NCBI RefSeq assembly: GCF_964355755.1
Contig: NC_092673.1
Coordinates: 3,162,001-3,226,000 of the forward strand
Origin: Antedon mediterranea
Lineage: Eukaryota; Animalia; Echinodermata
DNA length: 64,000 nt
Direction: 5' to 3'
Positions within the stretch are counted from its first letter, which is position 1, and each line of letters opens with the position of its first letter. The translations under genes were made by a program, and so were the position numbers. Shown piece after piece: positions 26,801 through 40,072 of the stretch. The notes beneath the pieces are model-generated. The model searched no databases, was not told the origin of the DNA, and was given only the letters and a program-made list of their open reading frames with translations.

Positions 26801-29800
26801 GCGGTCCATGCCGTTTATAACGTAATTGTAGCCCTATAAATCATACGGTTATATTGCATTTTTTATAAAAAAAAACTTAAATTGTAGTAACGTTTTAAAA
26901 TGGCGTAAAATGACAGCTAGACGGCATGGACCGGGGTAAGAGGTATTTTTCTGAAATGACTGGACCCTCCTCGCCCCAACCCATGTATCGTCATCCCGAT
27001 CCATGTCGTTTATAACGTAATTATAGCCCTATATTTCATCCGGTTACATTGCAATTTTTATAAAAACGTTAATTTGTAGTAAGGTTTTAAAATGGCGTGA
27101 AATGGCAGCTAGACGGCATGGACCGGGTCAAGTGGTATTTTTCTGAAACTACTGGACCTTACTAGCCCCAACCCATGTATCGTCATCCCGGTCCATGCCG
27201 TTTATAACGTAATTATAGCCCTATAAATCATTCGGTTATATTGCATTTTTTATTAAAAAAAACGTTAAATTGTAGTAACCTTTTAAAATGGCGTAAAATG
27301 ATAGCTAGACGGCATGGACCGGGGCAAGTGGTATTTTTATGAATTAACTGGACCCTACTTGCCCCAACCCATGTATCGTCATCCCGGTCCATGCCGTTTA
27401 TGACGTAATTATAGCCCTATAAATCATTCGGTTATATTGCATTTTGTATTTTAAAAAATTACAATGTAGTACCGGTAACGTTTTAAAATGGCTTAAAATG
27501 ACAGCTAGACGGCATGGACCGGGGCAAGTTGTACTTTTCTGAAATGACTGGACCCTACTCGCCACAACCCATGTATCGTTATCCCGGTCCATGCCGTTTA
27601 TAACGTAATTATAGCCCTATACATCATACGTTTACATTGCATTTTTTATGAAAACCTTAAATTGTAGTAACGTTTTAAAATGGCGTAAAATGACAGCTAG
27701 ACGACATGGATCGGGGTAAGAGGTATATTTCTGAAATGACTGGACCCTATTCGCCCCAACCCATGTATCGTCATCCCCGGTCTATGCCGTTTATAACGTA
27801 ATTATAGCCCTATATATCATCCGGTTATATTGCATTTTTTATAAAAACGTTAAATTGTAGTAAGGTTTTAAAATGGCGTGAAATGGCAGCTAGACGGCAT
27901 GGACCGGGCAAGTGGTATATTTCTGAAACGACTGGACCCTACTAGCCCTAACCCATGTATCGTCATCCCGGTCCATGCCGTTTATAACGTAATTATAGCC
28001 CTATAAATCATTCGGTTATATTGCATTTTTTATTTAAAAACATTAAATTGTAGTACCTGTAACGTTTTGAAATGGTGTAAAATTACAGCTAGACGGCATG
28101 GACCGGGGCAAGTGGTATTTTTCTGAAATGACTGGACCCTACTCGCCCCAACCCATGTATCGTCATCCCGGTCTATGCCGTTTATAACGTAATTATAGCC
28201 CTATATATCATCCTGTTATATTGCATTTTTTATTTAAAAAAAACGTTAATTTGTAGTAACGTTTTAAAATGGCATAAAATGATAGCTAGACGGCATGGAC
28301 CGGGGCAAGTGGTATTTTTCTGAATTGACTGGACCTTACTTGCCCCAACCCATGTATCGTCAGCCCGGTCCATGTCGTTTATAACGTAATTATAGCCCTA
28401 TATATCATCCGGTAATATTACATTTTTCATTTAAAAAAAACTTAAATTGTAGTAACGTTTTAAAATGGCGTAAAATGGCAGCTAGACGGCATGGACCGCG
28501 GCAAGTGGTATTTTTCTGAAACGACAGGACCCTACTAGCCCCAACCCATGTATCGTCATCCCGGTCCATGCCGTTTATAACGTAATTATAGCCCTATAAA
28601 TCATACGGTTATATTGCATTTTTTATAAAAAAAAAACTTAAATTGTGGTAACGTTTTAAAATGGCGTCAAATGGCAGCTAGACGGCATGGACCGGGGCAA
28701 GTGGTATTTTTCTGAAATGACTAGATCCTACTCGCCCCAATCCATGTATCGTTATCCCGGTCCATGCCGTTTATCACGTAATTATAGCCCTATATTTCAT
28801 CCGGTTATATTGCAATTTTTATTTAAAAAAACGTTAAATTGTAGTAACGTTTTAAAATGGCGTAAAATGACAGCTAGACGGCATGGACCGGGGCAAGTGG
28901 TATTTTTCTGAAACGACTGGACCCTACTAGCCCCAACCCATGTATCGTCATCCCGGTCCATGCCGTTCATAACGTAATTATAGCCCTATAAATCATTCGG
29001 TTATATTTCATTTTTTTATAAAAAAAAACGTTAAATTGTGGTAACGTTTTAAAATGGCGTAAAATGCTAGCTAGACGGCATGGACCGGGGCAAGTGGTAT
29101 TTTTCTGAAATGACTGGACCCTACTCGCCCCAACCCATGTATCGTCATCCCGGTCCATGCCGTTTATAACGTAATTATAGCCCTATACATCATCCGGTAA
29201 TATTACATTTTTCATTTAAAAAAAACTTAAATTGTAGTAACGTTTTAAAATGGCGTAAAATGGCAGCTAGACGGCATGGACCGGGGCAAGTGGTATTTTT
29301 CTGAAACGACAGGACCCTACTAGCCCCAACCCATGTATCGTCATCCCGGTCCATGCCGTTTATAACGTAATTATAGCCCTATAAATCATACGGTTATATT
29401 GCATTTTTTATTTAAAAAAAACTTAAATTGTGGTAACGTTTTAAAATGGCGTAAAATGGCAGCTAGACGGCATGGACCGGGGCAAGTGGTATTTTTCTGA
29501 AATGACTAGATCCTACTCGCCCCAATCCATGTATCGTCATCCCGGTCCATGCCGTTTATCACGTAATTATAGCCCTATAAATCATCCGGTATATTGCATT
29601 TTTTTTTTTAAAAAACATTAAATTGTAGTAAGGTTTTAAAATGGCGTAAAATGACAGCTAGACGGCATGGACCGGGGCAAGTGGTATTTTTCTGAAATGA
29701 CTGGACCCTACTCGCCCCAACCCATGTATTGTCATCCCGGTCCATGCCGTTTATAACGTAAATATAGCCCTATATATCATCCGGTAATATTACATTTTTC

Positions 29801-32520
29801 ATTTAAAAAAAACTTAAATTGTAGTAACGTTTTAAAATGGCGTAAAATGGCAGCTAGACAGCATGGACCGCGGCAAGTGGTATTTTTCTGAAACGACAGG
29901 ACCCTACTAGCCCCAACCCATGTATCGTCATCCCGGTCCATGCCGTTTATAACGTAATTATAGCCCTATAAATCATACGGTTATATTGCATTTTTTATAA
30001 AAAAAAACTTAAATTGTGGTAACGTTTTAAAATGGCGTAAAATTGCAGCTAGACGGCATGGACCGGGGCAAGTGGTATTTTTCTGAAATGACTAGATCCT
30101 ACTCGCCCCAATCCATGTATCGTCATCCCGGTCCATGCCGTTTATCACGTAATTATAGCCCTATATTTCATCCGGTTATATTGCAATTTTTATTTAAAAA
30201 AACGTTAAATTGTAGTAACGTTTTAAAATGGCGTAAAATGACAGCTAGACGGCATGGACCGGGGCAAGTGGTATTTTTCTGAAACGACTGGACCCTACTA
30301 GCCCCAACCCATGTATCGTCATCCCGGTCCATGCCGTTCATAACGTAATTATAGCCCTATAAATCATTCGGTTATATTTCATTTTTTTATTAAAAAAAAC
30401 GTTAAATTGTGGTAACGTTTTAAAATGGCGTAAAATGCTAGCTAGACGGCATGGACCGGGGCAAGTGGTATTTTTCTGAAATGACTGGACCCTACTCGCC
30501 CCAACCCATGTATCGTCATCCCGGTCCATGCCGTTTATAACGTAATTATAGCCCTATATATCATCCGGTAATATTACATTTTTCCTTTAAAAAAAACTTA
30601 AATTGTAGTAACGTTTTAAAATGGCGTAAAATGGCAGCTAGACGGCATGGACCGGGGGAAGTGGTATTTTTCTGAAACGACAGGACCCTACTAGCCCCAA
30701 CCCATGTATCGTCATCCCGGTCCATGCCGTTTATAACGTAATTATAGCCCTATAAATCATACGGTTATATTGCATTTTTTATAAAAAAAAAAACTTAAAT
30801 TGTGGTAACGTTTTAAAATGGCGTAAAATGGCAGCTAGACGGCATGGACCGGGGCAAGTGGTATTTTTCTGAAATGACTAGATCCTACTCGCCCCAATCC
30901 ATGTATCGTCATCCCGGTCCATGCCGTTTATCACGTAATTATAGCCCTATATTTCATCCGGTTATATTGCAATTTTTATTTAAAAAAACGTTAAATTGTA
31001 GTAACGTTTTAAAATGGCGTAAAATGACAGCTAGACGGCATGGACCGGGGCAAGTGGTATTTTTCTGAAACGACTGGACCCTACTAGCCCCAACCCATGT
31101 ATCGTCATCCCGGTCCATGCCGTTCATAACGTAATTATAGCCCTATAAATCATTCGGTTATATTTCATTTTTTATAAAAAAAAACGTTAAATTGTGGTAA
31201 CGTTTTAAAATGGCGTAAAATGCTAGCTAGACGGCATGGACCGGGGCAAGTGGTATTTTTCTGAAATGACTGGACCCTACTCGCCCCAACCCATGTATCG
31301 TCATCCCGGTCCATGCCGTTTATAACGTAATTATAGCCCTATATATCATACGGTAATATTACATTTTTCATTTAAAAAAAACTTAAATTGTAGTAACGTT
31401 TTAAAATGGCGTAAAATGGCAGCTAGACGGCATGGACCGGGGCAAGTGGTATTTTTCTGAAACGACAGGACCCTACTAGCCCCAACCCATGTATCGTCAT
31501 CCCGGTCCATGCCGTTTATCACGTAATTATAGCCCTATATTTCATCCGGTTATATTGCAATTTTTATTTAAAAAAACGTTAAATTGTAGTAACGTTTTAA
31601 AATGGCGTAAAATGACAGCTAGACGGCATGGACCGGGGCAAGTGGTATTTTTCTGAAACGACTGGACCCTACTAGCCCCAACCCATGTATCGTCATCCCG
31701 GTCCATGCCGTTCATAACGTAATTATAGCCCTATAAATCATTCGGTTATATTTCATTTTTTATAAAAAAAACCGTTAAATTGTGGTAACGTTTTAAAATG
31801 GCGTAAAATGCTAGCTAGACGGCATGGACCGGGGCAAGTGGTATTTTTCTGAAATGACTGGACCCTACTCGCCCCAACCCATGTATCGTCATCCCGGTCC
31901 ATGCCGTTTATAACGTAATTATAGCCCTATATATCATACGGTAATATTACATTTTTCATTTAAAAAAAACTTAAATTGTAGTAACGTTTTAAAATGGCGT
32001 AAAATGGCAGCTAGACGGCATGGACCGGGGCAAGTGGTATTTTTCTGAAACGACAGGACCCTACTAGCCCCAACCCATGTATCGTCATCCCGGTCCATGC
32101 CGTTTATAACGTAATTATAGCCCTATAAATCATACGGTTATATTGCATTTTTTTATTTAAAAAAAACTTAAATTGTGGTAACGTTTTAAAATGGCGTAAA
32201 ATGGCAGCTAGACGGCATGGACCGGGGCAAGTGGTATTTTTCTGAAATGACTAGATCCTACTCGCCCCAATCCATGTATCGTCATCCCGGTCCATGCCGT
32301 TTATCACGTAATTATAGCCCTATAAATCATCCGGTATATTGCATATTTTATTTAAAAAAACATTAAATTGTAGTAAGTTTTTAAAATGGCGTAAAATGAC
32401 AGCTAGACGGCATGGACCGGGGCAAGTGGTATTTTTCTGAAACGACTGGACCCTACTAGCCCCAACCCATGTATCGTCATCCCGGTCCATGCTGTTTATA
32501 ACGAAGTTATAGCCCTATAA
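20895..32520 (-). repeat. ~196-bp satellite array, right arm, inverted (~59 monomers)
   Basis: Reverse complement of the same monomer, with a 2345-bp internal duplication (23021/25366; 25053/27398). Confidence 0.97.
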
Positions 32521-32691
32521 ATCATAGCCCTAGTTAATCTAAGCCGTAAGTATAAAATCATTTAATTAAAATATTACACATATTGCGCCCCATACATGTG
32601 AATGTGAATGTCGAATAAGGATCCAACTTCACAAAAAAAATTGAATATCGAATAAGGAATAAGTAACCAACTTCACGCCGGTCCAGCAATC

Positions 32692-33031
32692 CTATTACTT
32701 CCGGGATTGCCCATTGATATCTATCATGGGTAATTTTACCACATTGCAAACTTTTATTTTCTAATTTATAGAGCACACTTCTCATTAAAAGTGCTGAATA
32801 TATATATAATTATATGAATTTATTTATTTGATGTTAGTTTGCACATTTTTTTTAGTACATTTGGTTAATTAATTGATGAACTATTATTTGTGTGCGGACG
32901 TAGTATTGAAGTTATGTGTCCTGGATACGGGATAAACAACAACTACAATTTCACCTCTCGTGGAACTTTGTTAAGGAAATTTTGAAATAAGTAGATGTAT
33001 AAAGGGGAAAGAGTAGACATAATTATTAATT
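32692..33031. promoter_or_regulatory. Remnant of the GrpE/CFAP58 divergent promoter
   Basis: ETS/GABP-type ACTTCCGG (~32697), RFX X-box-like GTGTCCTGGATAC (32916-32928) and adjacent forkhead site ATAAACAA (~32932). Motif matches only. Confidence 0.55.
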
Positions 33032-36000
33032 ATGACAGAGGTAAGATTATATCTATCTATGATAAACATGGTCTAGGCTAGGGCCTGACATATAACTGTT
33101 TTAAAGCAGAATAGACAAGGCTAGGCCTGGCCCTAGAGGCTAGGCTAGGCAGTTGTAGTAAGTAGGAGGCTAACCCTTTCGACTAGCCTAGCTAGGCCTA
33201 GCCTCCTATAAAAATATAGGATAGGAGACCGTTAAATACACTCCTAGTAGTAGTACTATAAAAGGATCGATTCCAGGCTAGAGGTAAAGTAGGTCCTAGC
33301 TAGAAACAGATCGTCATTATACTTCAATTAACTTAATTAATTTAATAATATTAATAAATATAACCGCTGATTTGTTTTTCTTTTTGTGCAGGAAAAAAAG
33401 AATGAAAGTCCTGCCAATAAAGGTGCCATTGAAGACAGTGCCTTTGAGGCACTGGAAAGAGATTTCCAAGACACCTTGAGTGAGTTGATGGGTGATCGTA
33501 GCTTGGAAAAGTTTCGCACTGAATATGAAAAGTTACACCGTGCTCTGAAAAAATCACACGAAAGTGAGAAACGTTTGATGACAAAATGCAGGGAATTGAA
33601 TGCAGAGATTGTAGCAAATTCAGCAAAAGTATCAACAGCTCTTAAGTTGTCCCAAGAAGACCAGACGACAATTTCATCCCTCAAAAAAGTAACTTTCTAT
33701 TCTGATCTCTGTATTTCACAATGCTGTCCATTAATAATAATATAGTGAAAATAACTTTTTTAATTGAATTGTTAAATTTATAATCTACTAATCACCATTT
33801 TTATTCTTATCTTTTCAGGAAATTGAGAAGGCATGGAAGATGGTGGATGCATCCCAAGAGAAGGAACAAAGAGCAAGGGAGACAATCCAATCCCTTAAGC
33901 TAGAAATCACTAATCTGAGCAAACTGGTAGAGCAAGGAGCCGGCTTAACTATGGGACAGGAACATAGGTAGCTATCAAAGTACTGCACATAATTTAAGCA
34001 AAAATATGTCACCAGATTTTGTAGACACTGTATATGATATATTTTATACTCTATAGGCCTATCTTTTTGAAGCTGCAAAAACTAGCCCATTCATCCATTG
34101 TGGCCATCATCAAGAGCTTAGAAACGTTGTATTAGGCACTATAAGACTATCATTATTATTATTATTATTATAAATGATGCTTTAGACACTAACCTTATAT
34201 TAAAGTCTTTTTACGGTCAGCTGACCTGAAACCTCATCCTAACCAGGAGGGTCATTTTAAAAGTCCAGATTTTGACAACATGGTCATTGTTGGAAAACCA
34301 GTTTTTCCAATTTGTATTAAGGGTTACTGAATTCTGTAGTTCAGTATTATAGTGTTAAACAAATATTTCTACTTGTTTGTTAGTGTTAATGAGTTACTGA
34401 AAGCAAAAGAGGAATTGTCAAAAGAACGAGATGATCAACTGGCAGAGATTGTCAAACTCAGGGAGCAGTTGACAGATTCTTCAAAGAAACAACAACAGGC
34501 AGAAGAGGACAAGTCTGATGCTGAAAACAAAATATCTGAAGTAAGTCTAGATTACTGGTATTAAGTTTTTTCTCTGTTCCGACGACCTAGGCCTTAAATT
34601 ATATAAATTATCCATTATGGTATATTTGTCTCAAGATTGTCCAGCTCTGTAAATTAAGTTTTTGTTTAAATTAACTACACACCAAAAAAAACATGTGCAT
34701 ACCTGATATAGTGGAATCCAAGGTTATCAAATGGACCTAGAATCAACCAAATTTGTGTCTGATGAAAAAAAATTGGCAGACCAAATATATGTGAATAGTA
34801 CTATAGTAGCTTTTTACAACTCCCTGCTTTGTATGACCTCATAAATCCTAGGTACTAGGTCACTGCAAAAACCAAAAGCTGTCTATTATCTATGATGCAC
34901 TTTTACCAGAAATCATCAAATCCAATGTTTTGTTTTTTTTTTGTTGCTTTTCTAGTTAACACAAGACATTCAGGTTCGTAGTAATGAAGCGCAACGAGAG
35001 ATGCGCCGCAAAGAAAAGCTTGATCGTGAATTCAAAGCTGCCAAGACAGATCTTGAAGCAAAAGCGGGTGAAATCAAAGCTATGCAACAACAAGTGGAAC
35101 GCTACAAGGGTGACATGGCAAAACTGGAAACACAGTCTAAAGACCAAAAGGTCAAAAACTCCTCAAATTCACTTTATTTTATAGTGTATTTCATAGAATA
35201 TGAAAATATATAAAACATTAGGTTAAAAGTATAAAAATATTTAGGAACACTATATATATATTACACATTTCATTAAAATATAAAAATAGTACACACAGAT
35301 AGAATTAAGATAAAGTCACAAATTATACGTCATTTGAAAGTCTGATGGAATACGGTACAAAGTAAAATATCTCTTATATCTCAGCAAGTTACGTCTTTTT
35401 GTAATTGATACATATTATATTAATAAGTAATTTTTAAAGATGTTCTGTAAAAGCTACCATGATTGTTTGAAATTATTTTACTTTGGTTGATTTTAAGTCA
35501 AAATATTTTCTGTCATAATAATTTGTTTATTTAATTTGTAGATATTGTACGAAAGGACTGTAAGAGACACTGAGGTTTTGAACACGCGTTTTACACGACT
35601 GCAACAGGATTACGAAACACAGTTGATAAACAATGATCAATTGACGCAAGAGAACAATGAAAGGGTTGTCGAATTAAAGGTAAGTTGTATAACAGCTGCG
35701 TAAAATAGTTATATCTCCGATGTAGACGTTTATTTATTACTATATACTAATATAGTTATACCAATTTTTATTACAGTATTTCATTATTAATCATTATTTT
35801 TAGGCAAAAGAAGATGACATCAGTAACTTAAAAATTGAGACTGTACGTTTGAGCAAAGTGCGAGAAGGTATTCAGCGTAAGCTGAGGACGGTAGAAGACA
35901 ATAAAGCGGAAGTGGAGCAGCAGAAGGAAACTCTTAAATCGCAGATCGTTGCTCTTGAAAGAGGTAAGGCCCAGTTACATTCCTTTATTATTACAACCAA

Positions 36001-39000
36001 GCCCTTGGCCACTTTCATTCCATATGAAATGACAGTCACTGGAGTTGCTGACAGTACACCAATTACTGTCACTGAAAATTGTATTCTTGGAAGTTTATGG
36101 CCAAGAAAAATGGCAGTAAGAGTAATAAATTTGAAACATTGTATTATGAACTTTTGTAATATTTTTTTAAGAAATTGACTCAAGTAAGAAACAATCGGAG
36201 ATGGATCGCAAAGCCATCGACGATTTGATCCGTGAACGAGACATCCTAAACAAGAACCTTCTGAAAGCAGCTGGTGCAACCCAAAAACAACTGAATTTGG
36301 TGAAGCTGCATGAACACTCCAAGAAGAATCTTGAACAAGAAATTCAAAATTACAAAGATGAAGCCCTGAAACAGAGGAAGATTATTTACCAGTTGGAGAA
36401 AGAACGAGATCGCTACATCAATGAAGCCAGTGACCTGACTCAAAAGGTTAGCTTCTTGTCAACTTTAGATGACAAAACACAAACGTTTCTAGTTATTAAC
36501 TATCATCACTTTTGTCAACTTTGATGTTCTGATTATCTAGTGTGTTTACTTTTTCTTTTCCCAGGTTCTGCAACATATGGAAGATGTCAAAGTTCGCGAG
36601 ATGCAAATATTTGACTACAAGAAAAAAATTGCTGAAGCAGAAACAAAGTTGAAGCAGCAGCAAAACTTGTACGAAGCCGTCCGTAGTGACCGCAACCTGT
36701 ACAGCAAGAACCTGATTGAATCTCAAGATGAGATCACAGAGATGAAGAGGAAGCTAAAGATAATGAATCATCAAATAGATCAGTTGAAAGAGGAGATTAC
36801 TGCCAAAGAAGCAGCTCTTGTCAAAGAGCATCTGGACCATCAAAGGTACCATACATTAGATTCTCAAGCTTCAACATGAATAATTAATTGTACACCTGAC
36901 ACTTTAATTTGTGTTATGAAACCCCAGATTTATGAAAATAATTATTTAATATTTTCAGAGTGGAAAAACAGAAAGAGGCTCTAAAGGCAGAGTTGCAGCG
37001 AATGAAACAACAGGCAACTGAGAGCAGGGCATACATAGAGGCACAAGAGGCAGAAGAACGCAAACTCCTTAAGATCATATCAGAGGCTGATGCAGAAAGA
37101 CTCAGACAGAAGAAAGAACTTGATCAGGTTTGGAGACATTACTAATACTCAATTTGAAATTTGACAAGTGTCCATTGCTTGTGCCCTGGAACATGAATTA
37201 TATGTTGCCACATTGTGTAGAATATGTACCATTTAGTATCAAAGAACATTATATATATTATTATTATTTCACTTGCACTGATGAAAGACTAGTGTTGCCC
37301 GAAAGCTCTGCTAATTTTTCTGGCTGTTTTACTTTATCTTTTTTATTTAGCTTTTTGCTTATTTTATTTTGTATCTCCTTTGAGATCCAGACACTGGTAC
37401 CCACATCATTGTCATTTTTTCAATAATTTGGATTTATTATTATTATTTCATTTATATTTTTTGATTTAAGGTGATCAGTGAACGAGATATTCTTGGAACA
37501 CAACTTGTACGCCGTAACGACGAGCTTGCTCTGTTGTATGAAAAGATTAAGATTCAGCAATCTACGCTAAACAAAGGAGAGATCCAGTACCGGCAGCGCT
37601 TGGAGGATATCAGACTCCTTAAACTGGAAATTAAGAAGCTACGCAGAGAGAAGAACATCTTGAATAAGAGTGTGGCTAACGTTGATGACTTGAGGTAATT
37701 GTTTATCGTGGAAAATAAATCATACAGCATCATCACTATTATCAACATCTGAATGTGTTATTATGTTGATGTATGTCGTACAAATTATGTAAAGGTATTT
37801 CACACACAAGTCTGGTGCCAGAAAATCAAATCAAACGTCCAGGCCAAACGTTTCGTTTTCACACGACTAAGAGCATATCAATTGACGCATAGTCACATGG
37901 AGAGTCATGAAAACCAAATACTGAAATTCAATTTGATTTGCAGGAACCGCAACCATGCTGGAACAGGTGTGAAAGACCCTTAAGTCAAGACTACTTGGCG
38001 AATACTTAATATTGATAATTTATTTGTTTGCAGACGTGAGGTGTACCACCTCCAGCGTGAACTGCTTCGTGAGCGTACACGATGCAAGGCACTCGAAGAA
38101 GAACTCGAAAACCCGATGAATATCCACCGTTGGCGCAAGCTGGAAGGAAGTGACCCCAGCACGTATGAGATGATCCAGAAAATTCAAACTCTCCAGAGAA
38201 GACTGATACAGAAGACGGAGGAAGTTGTTGAGAAGGAACTCTTGATTCAGGTATGGCAGACAATCATTGTTTTTTTACAAACGTTTTAAGCAGCATGGTA
38301 TAGACTAGTCTTCACTCCATTTTGACCACATGTGAATAGTACAGTAATACTGTCTTATCATTTTTTTTAGGAAAAAGAGAAGCTGTACGTTGAATTGAAG
38401 CATATACTTGCTCGTCAACCAGGACCAGAGGTTGCAGAACAGTTGCAGATTTATCAACAGACATTGAAAGAGAAAACAAAGCAACTAAAGGTAAGCATTC
38501 CATTACTGTATAACATAATTTTTGAGATTTAAATTCTGTCAAATTTCATACTATAGAACACTATTGGGACACCAATCTGTCCTCTGTCTACACTATCAAA
38601 CTAGTTTGACAAAAAAAGTGTGATGTGCCCAAATATGGTAGTGATATGCTCAAATATGGTAGTGATATGACATCATCATGTCTATATATGGGCACATTTT
38701 TTTGTAACAAAGATTGATAGTGTAGACAGAGGACTCTATTTTTTGGGAATTCAACGAATTGTTGTTTTACTTTCTTTAGGGAATGTCGTCTGAATTAAAC
38801 ATGTATGAATCGCAAGTGAGTGAATATAAGTACGAGATTGAAAGACTAGCCCGAGAACTACAAGACGTTAAGAAGAAATACTACATGCAGAAAAGAAAAG
38901 AACAGCAGGCCAAGTATGTACAATATATTGATTTGTGTTAATATTCAATAAAGATAGAAATTCATGTCATTGTCTAGTTATTTACAATTTTCGCGCCGCT

Positions 39001-39390
39001 CCTTTAGGCAGTTATATTCAAGAGAACGAAAGCATTAGGAAACAGTTGCCATGCGGGAGCTTTTAGTTTACTACGGCTGGAATAATGGGTATTTGGAAAC
39101 TCGGACTGGGCATTCGCACACCCCCAAAGTATCTGGGAAAAGAGAGTCTATGAAAACATTTGCTGATAAATATTGAGATGCATGACGGTAGTTATGCGTC
39201 AGATGAGCAGCATTTTTTGTAAAAAATATTTCTTATTATAATACTGTATATTTTTGTTTTTTATAGGGAACGTGATCGTGTGTTAGCCCAAGGTGGCGCC
39301 CCCACCATACAAGCACAGAGGTCAGATGGGCCACGGTTCACAGGAGGTGGTTTTAACCTAAAGCCACCAGCTCAAGTCAAAGCTTCCTAA
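33032..39390 (+). CDS. CFAP58: Cilia- and flagella-associated protein 58 (CCDC147)
   Basis: Micro first exon ATGACAGAG|gtaag (33032-33040), then ~14 exons from 33392. Motifs SLEKFRTEYEKLH, CRELNAEIVANSAKV, YEAVRSDRNLYSKNLIE, ERDILGTQLVRRNDEL, NPMNIHRWRKLEGSDP, PRFTGGGFNL; stop TAA at 39390. Confidence 0.96.
37275..37445 (+). mobile_element. Short dispersed repeat beginning with a hammerhead-like core (Penelope-like remnant)
   Basis: GCA-CTGATGA-AAGACTAGTGTTGCCC-GAAA-GCTC-TGC; second copy at 58188. Confidence 0.55.
38582..38731. mobile_element. MITE family A copy
   Basis: CTCTGTCTACACTATCAA ... TTGATAGTGTAGACAGAG. Confidence 0.85.
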
Positions 39391-39914
39391 CTATATCACC
39401 CTGCTAATAAATTAATTTACATATAATAAATGTATCACATTTAATGTTTAATATAAATAATAAATTCAATAAATGTTTCCATGAAGTTTTACTTGTATAC
39501 GTTTTAATTCAATAAATTACAATGTTTACAGTCTGAATAAATTATAAATGATTTATTTTATTGTTGTTTTGTACTAAATTGATGAATAGAGTAGACAGAC
39601 ACAATAGAGTTGAACACCAGTTATAGGACTAAATGGTAGCACTGTAAATTTCTCTCTTATCAATTATAACAGCTTTAAAAATGTAATATTTATTTAAAAA
39701 TTCAAGCAAGGTGGGATCGCATAACAAATGGCCAGTGGTGTTTTTTTCGTATTACTGCTTATTGACGTATTATAATCGGAAACGCGTTTTATGGATAGCG
39801 AAGAAACGGTGTGTGTAACAAGTTGTTGACGCATTTTAGTTTGAAACTGTTTTTCATCAAACCGCTAAGCAATGGCAATTTGTTGCCGTCTGATCGTAAA
39901 GTGGTTGCTGCTAA

Positions 39915-40072
39915 AGCTTGGTTCCCACTAGGACGTAACGCAAGGACGTAGACGAAACGCAAGTGAATTGACCAATCACAAGCGATGGCTTATTATAACT
40001 TCGCTTGTCATTGGATAAAACGCTTGCGTTGCGTTTACGTCCTTGCGTTACGTTCTAGGTGGGAACCAAGCT
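39915..40072. mobile_element. Palindromic Harbinger-like MITE
   Basis: Long TIRs AGCTTGGTTCCCACTAGGACGTAACGCAAGGACGTA / TACGTCCTTGCGTTACGTTCTAGGTGGGAACCAAGCT, flanked by TAA/TTA. Confidence 0.85.

Larger units (their letters stand above)
13626..32682. mobile_element. Giant non-coding foldback transposon (19,057 bp) built from satellite arrays
   Basis: Begins ACCGGCGTGAAGTTGG, ends CCAACTTCACGCCGGT. Direct repeat CCAGCAATC at 13617-13625 and 32683-32691. The unique ~165-bp termini are reverse complements. Confidence 0.93.

Noticed and set aside
15388-31068. Recurrent 63-79-aa ORFs (MDRDDDTW..., MDRGKWYF...) in the foldback
   Set aside because: By-products of the satellite monomer; they open and close with homopolymer length changes and show no protein motif.
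13788-32520. CRISPR-like array or tandem ncRNA (5S/tRNA/snRNA) cluster
   Set aside because: No unique spacers, eukaryotic context, and no recognisable 5S, tRNA or snRNA sequence or Pol III boxes.
13626-32682. Pure assembly fold-back artefact
   Set aside because: Disfavoured: there is a 9-bp TSD, the arms are unequal with their own variants, and unique sequence resumes coherently on both sides. Read-level confirmation is still needed.
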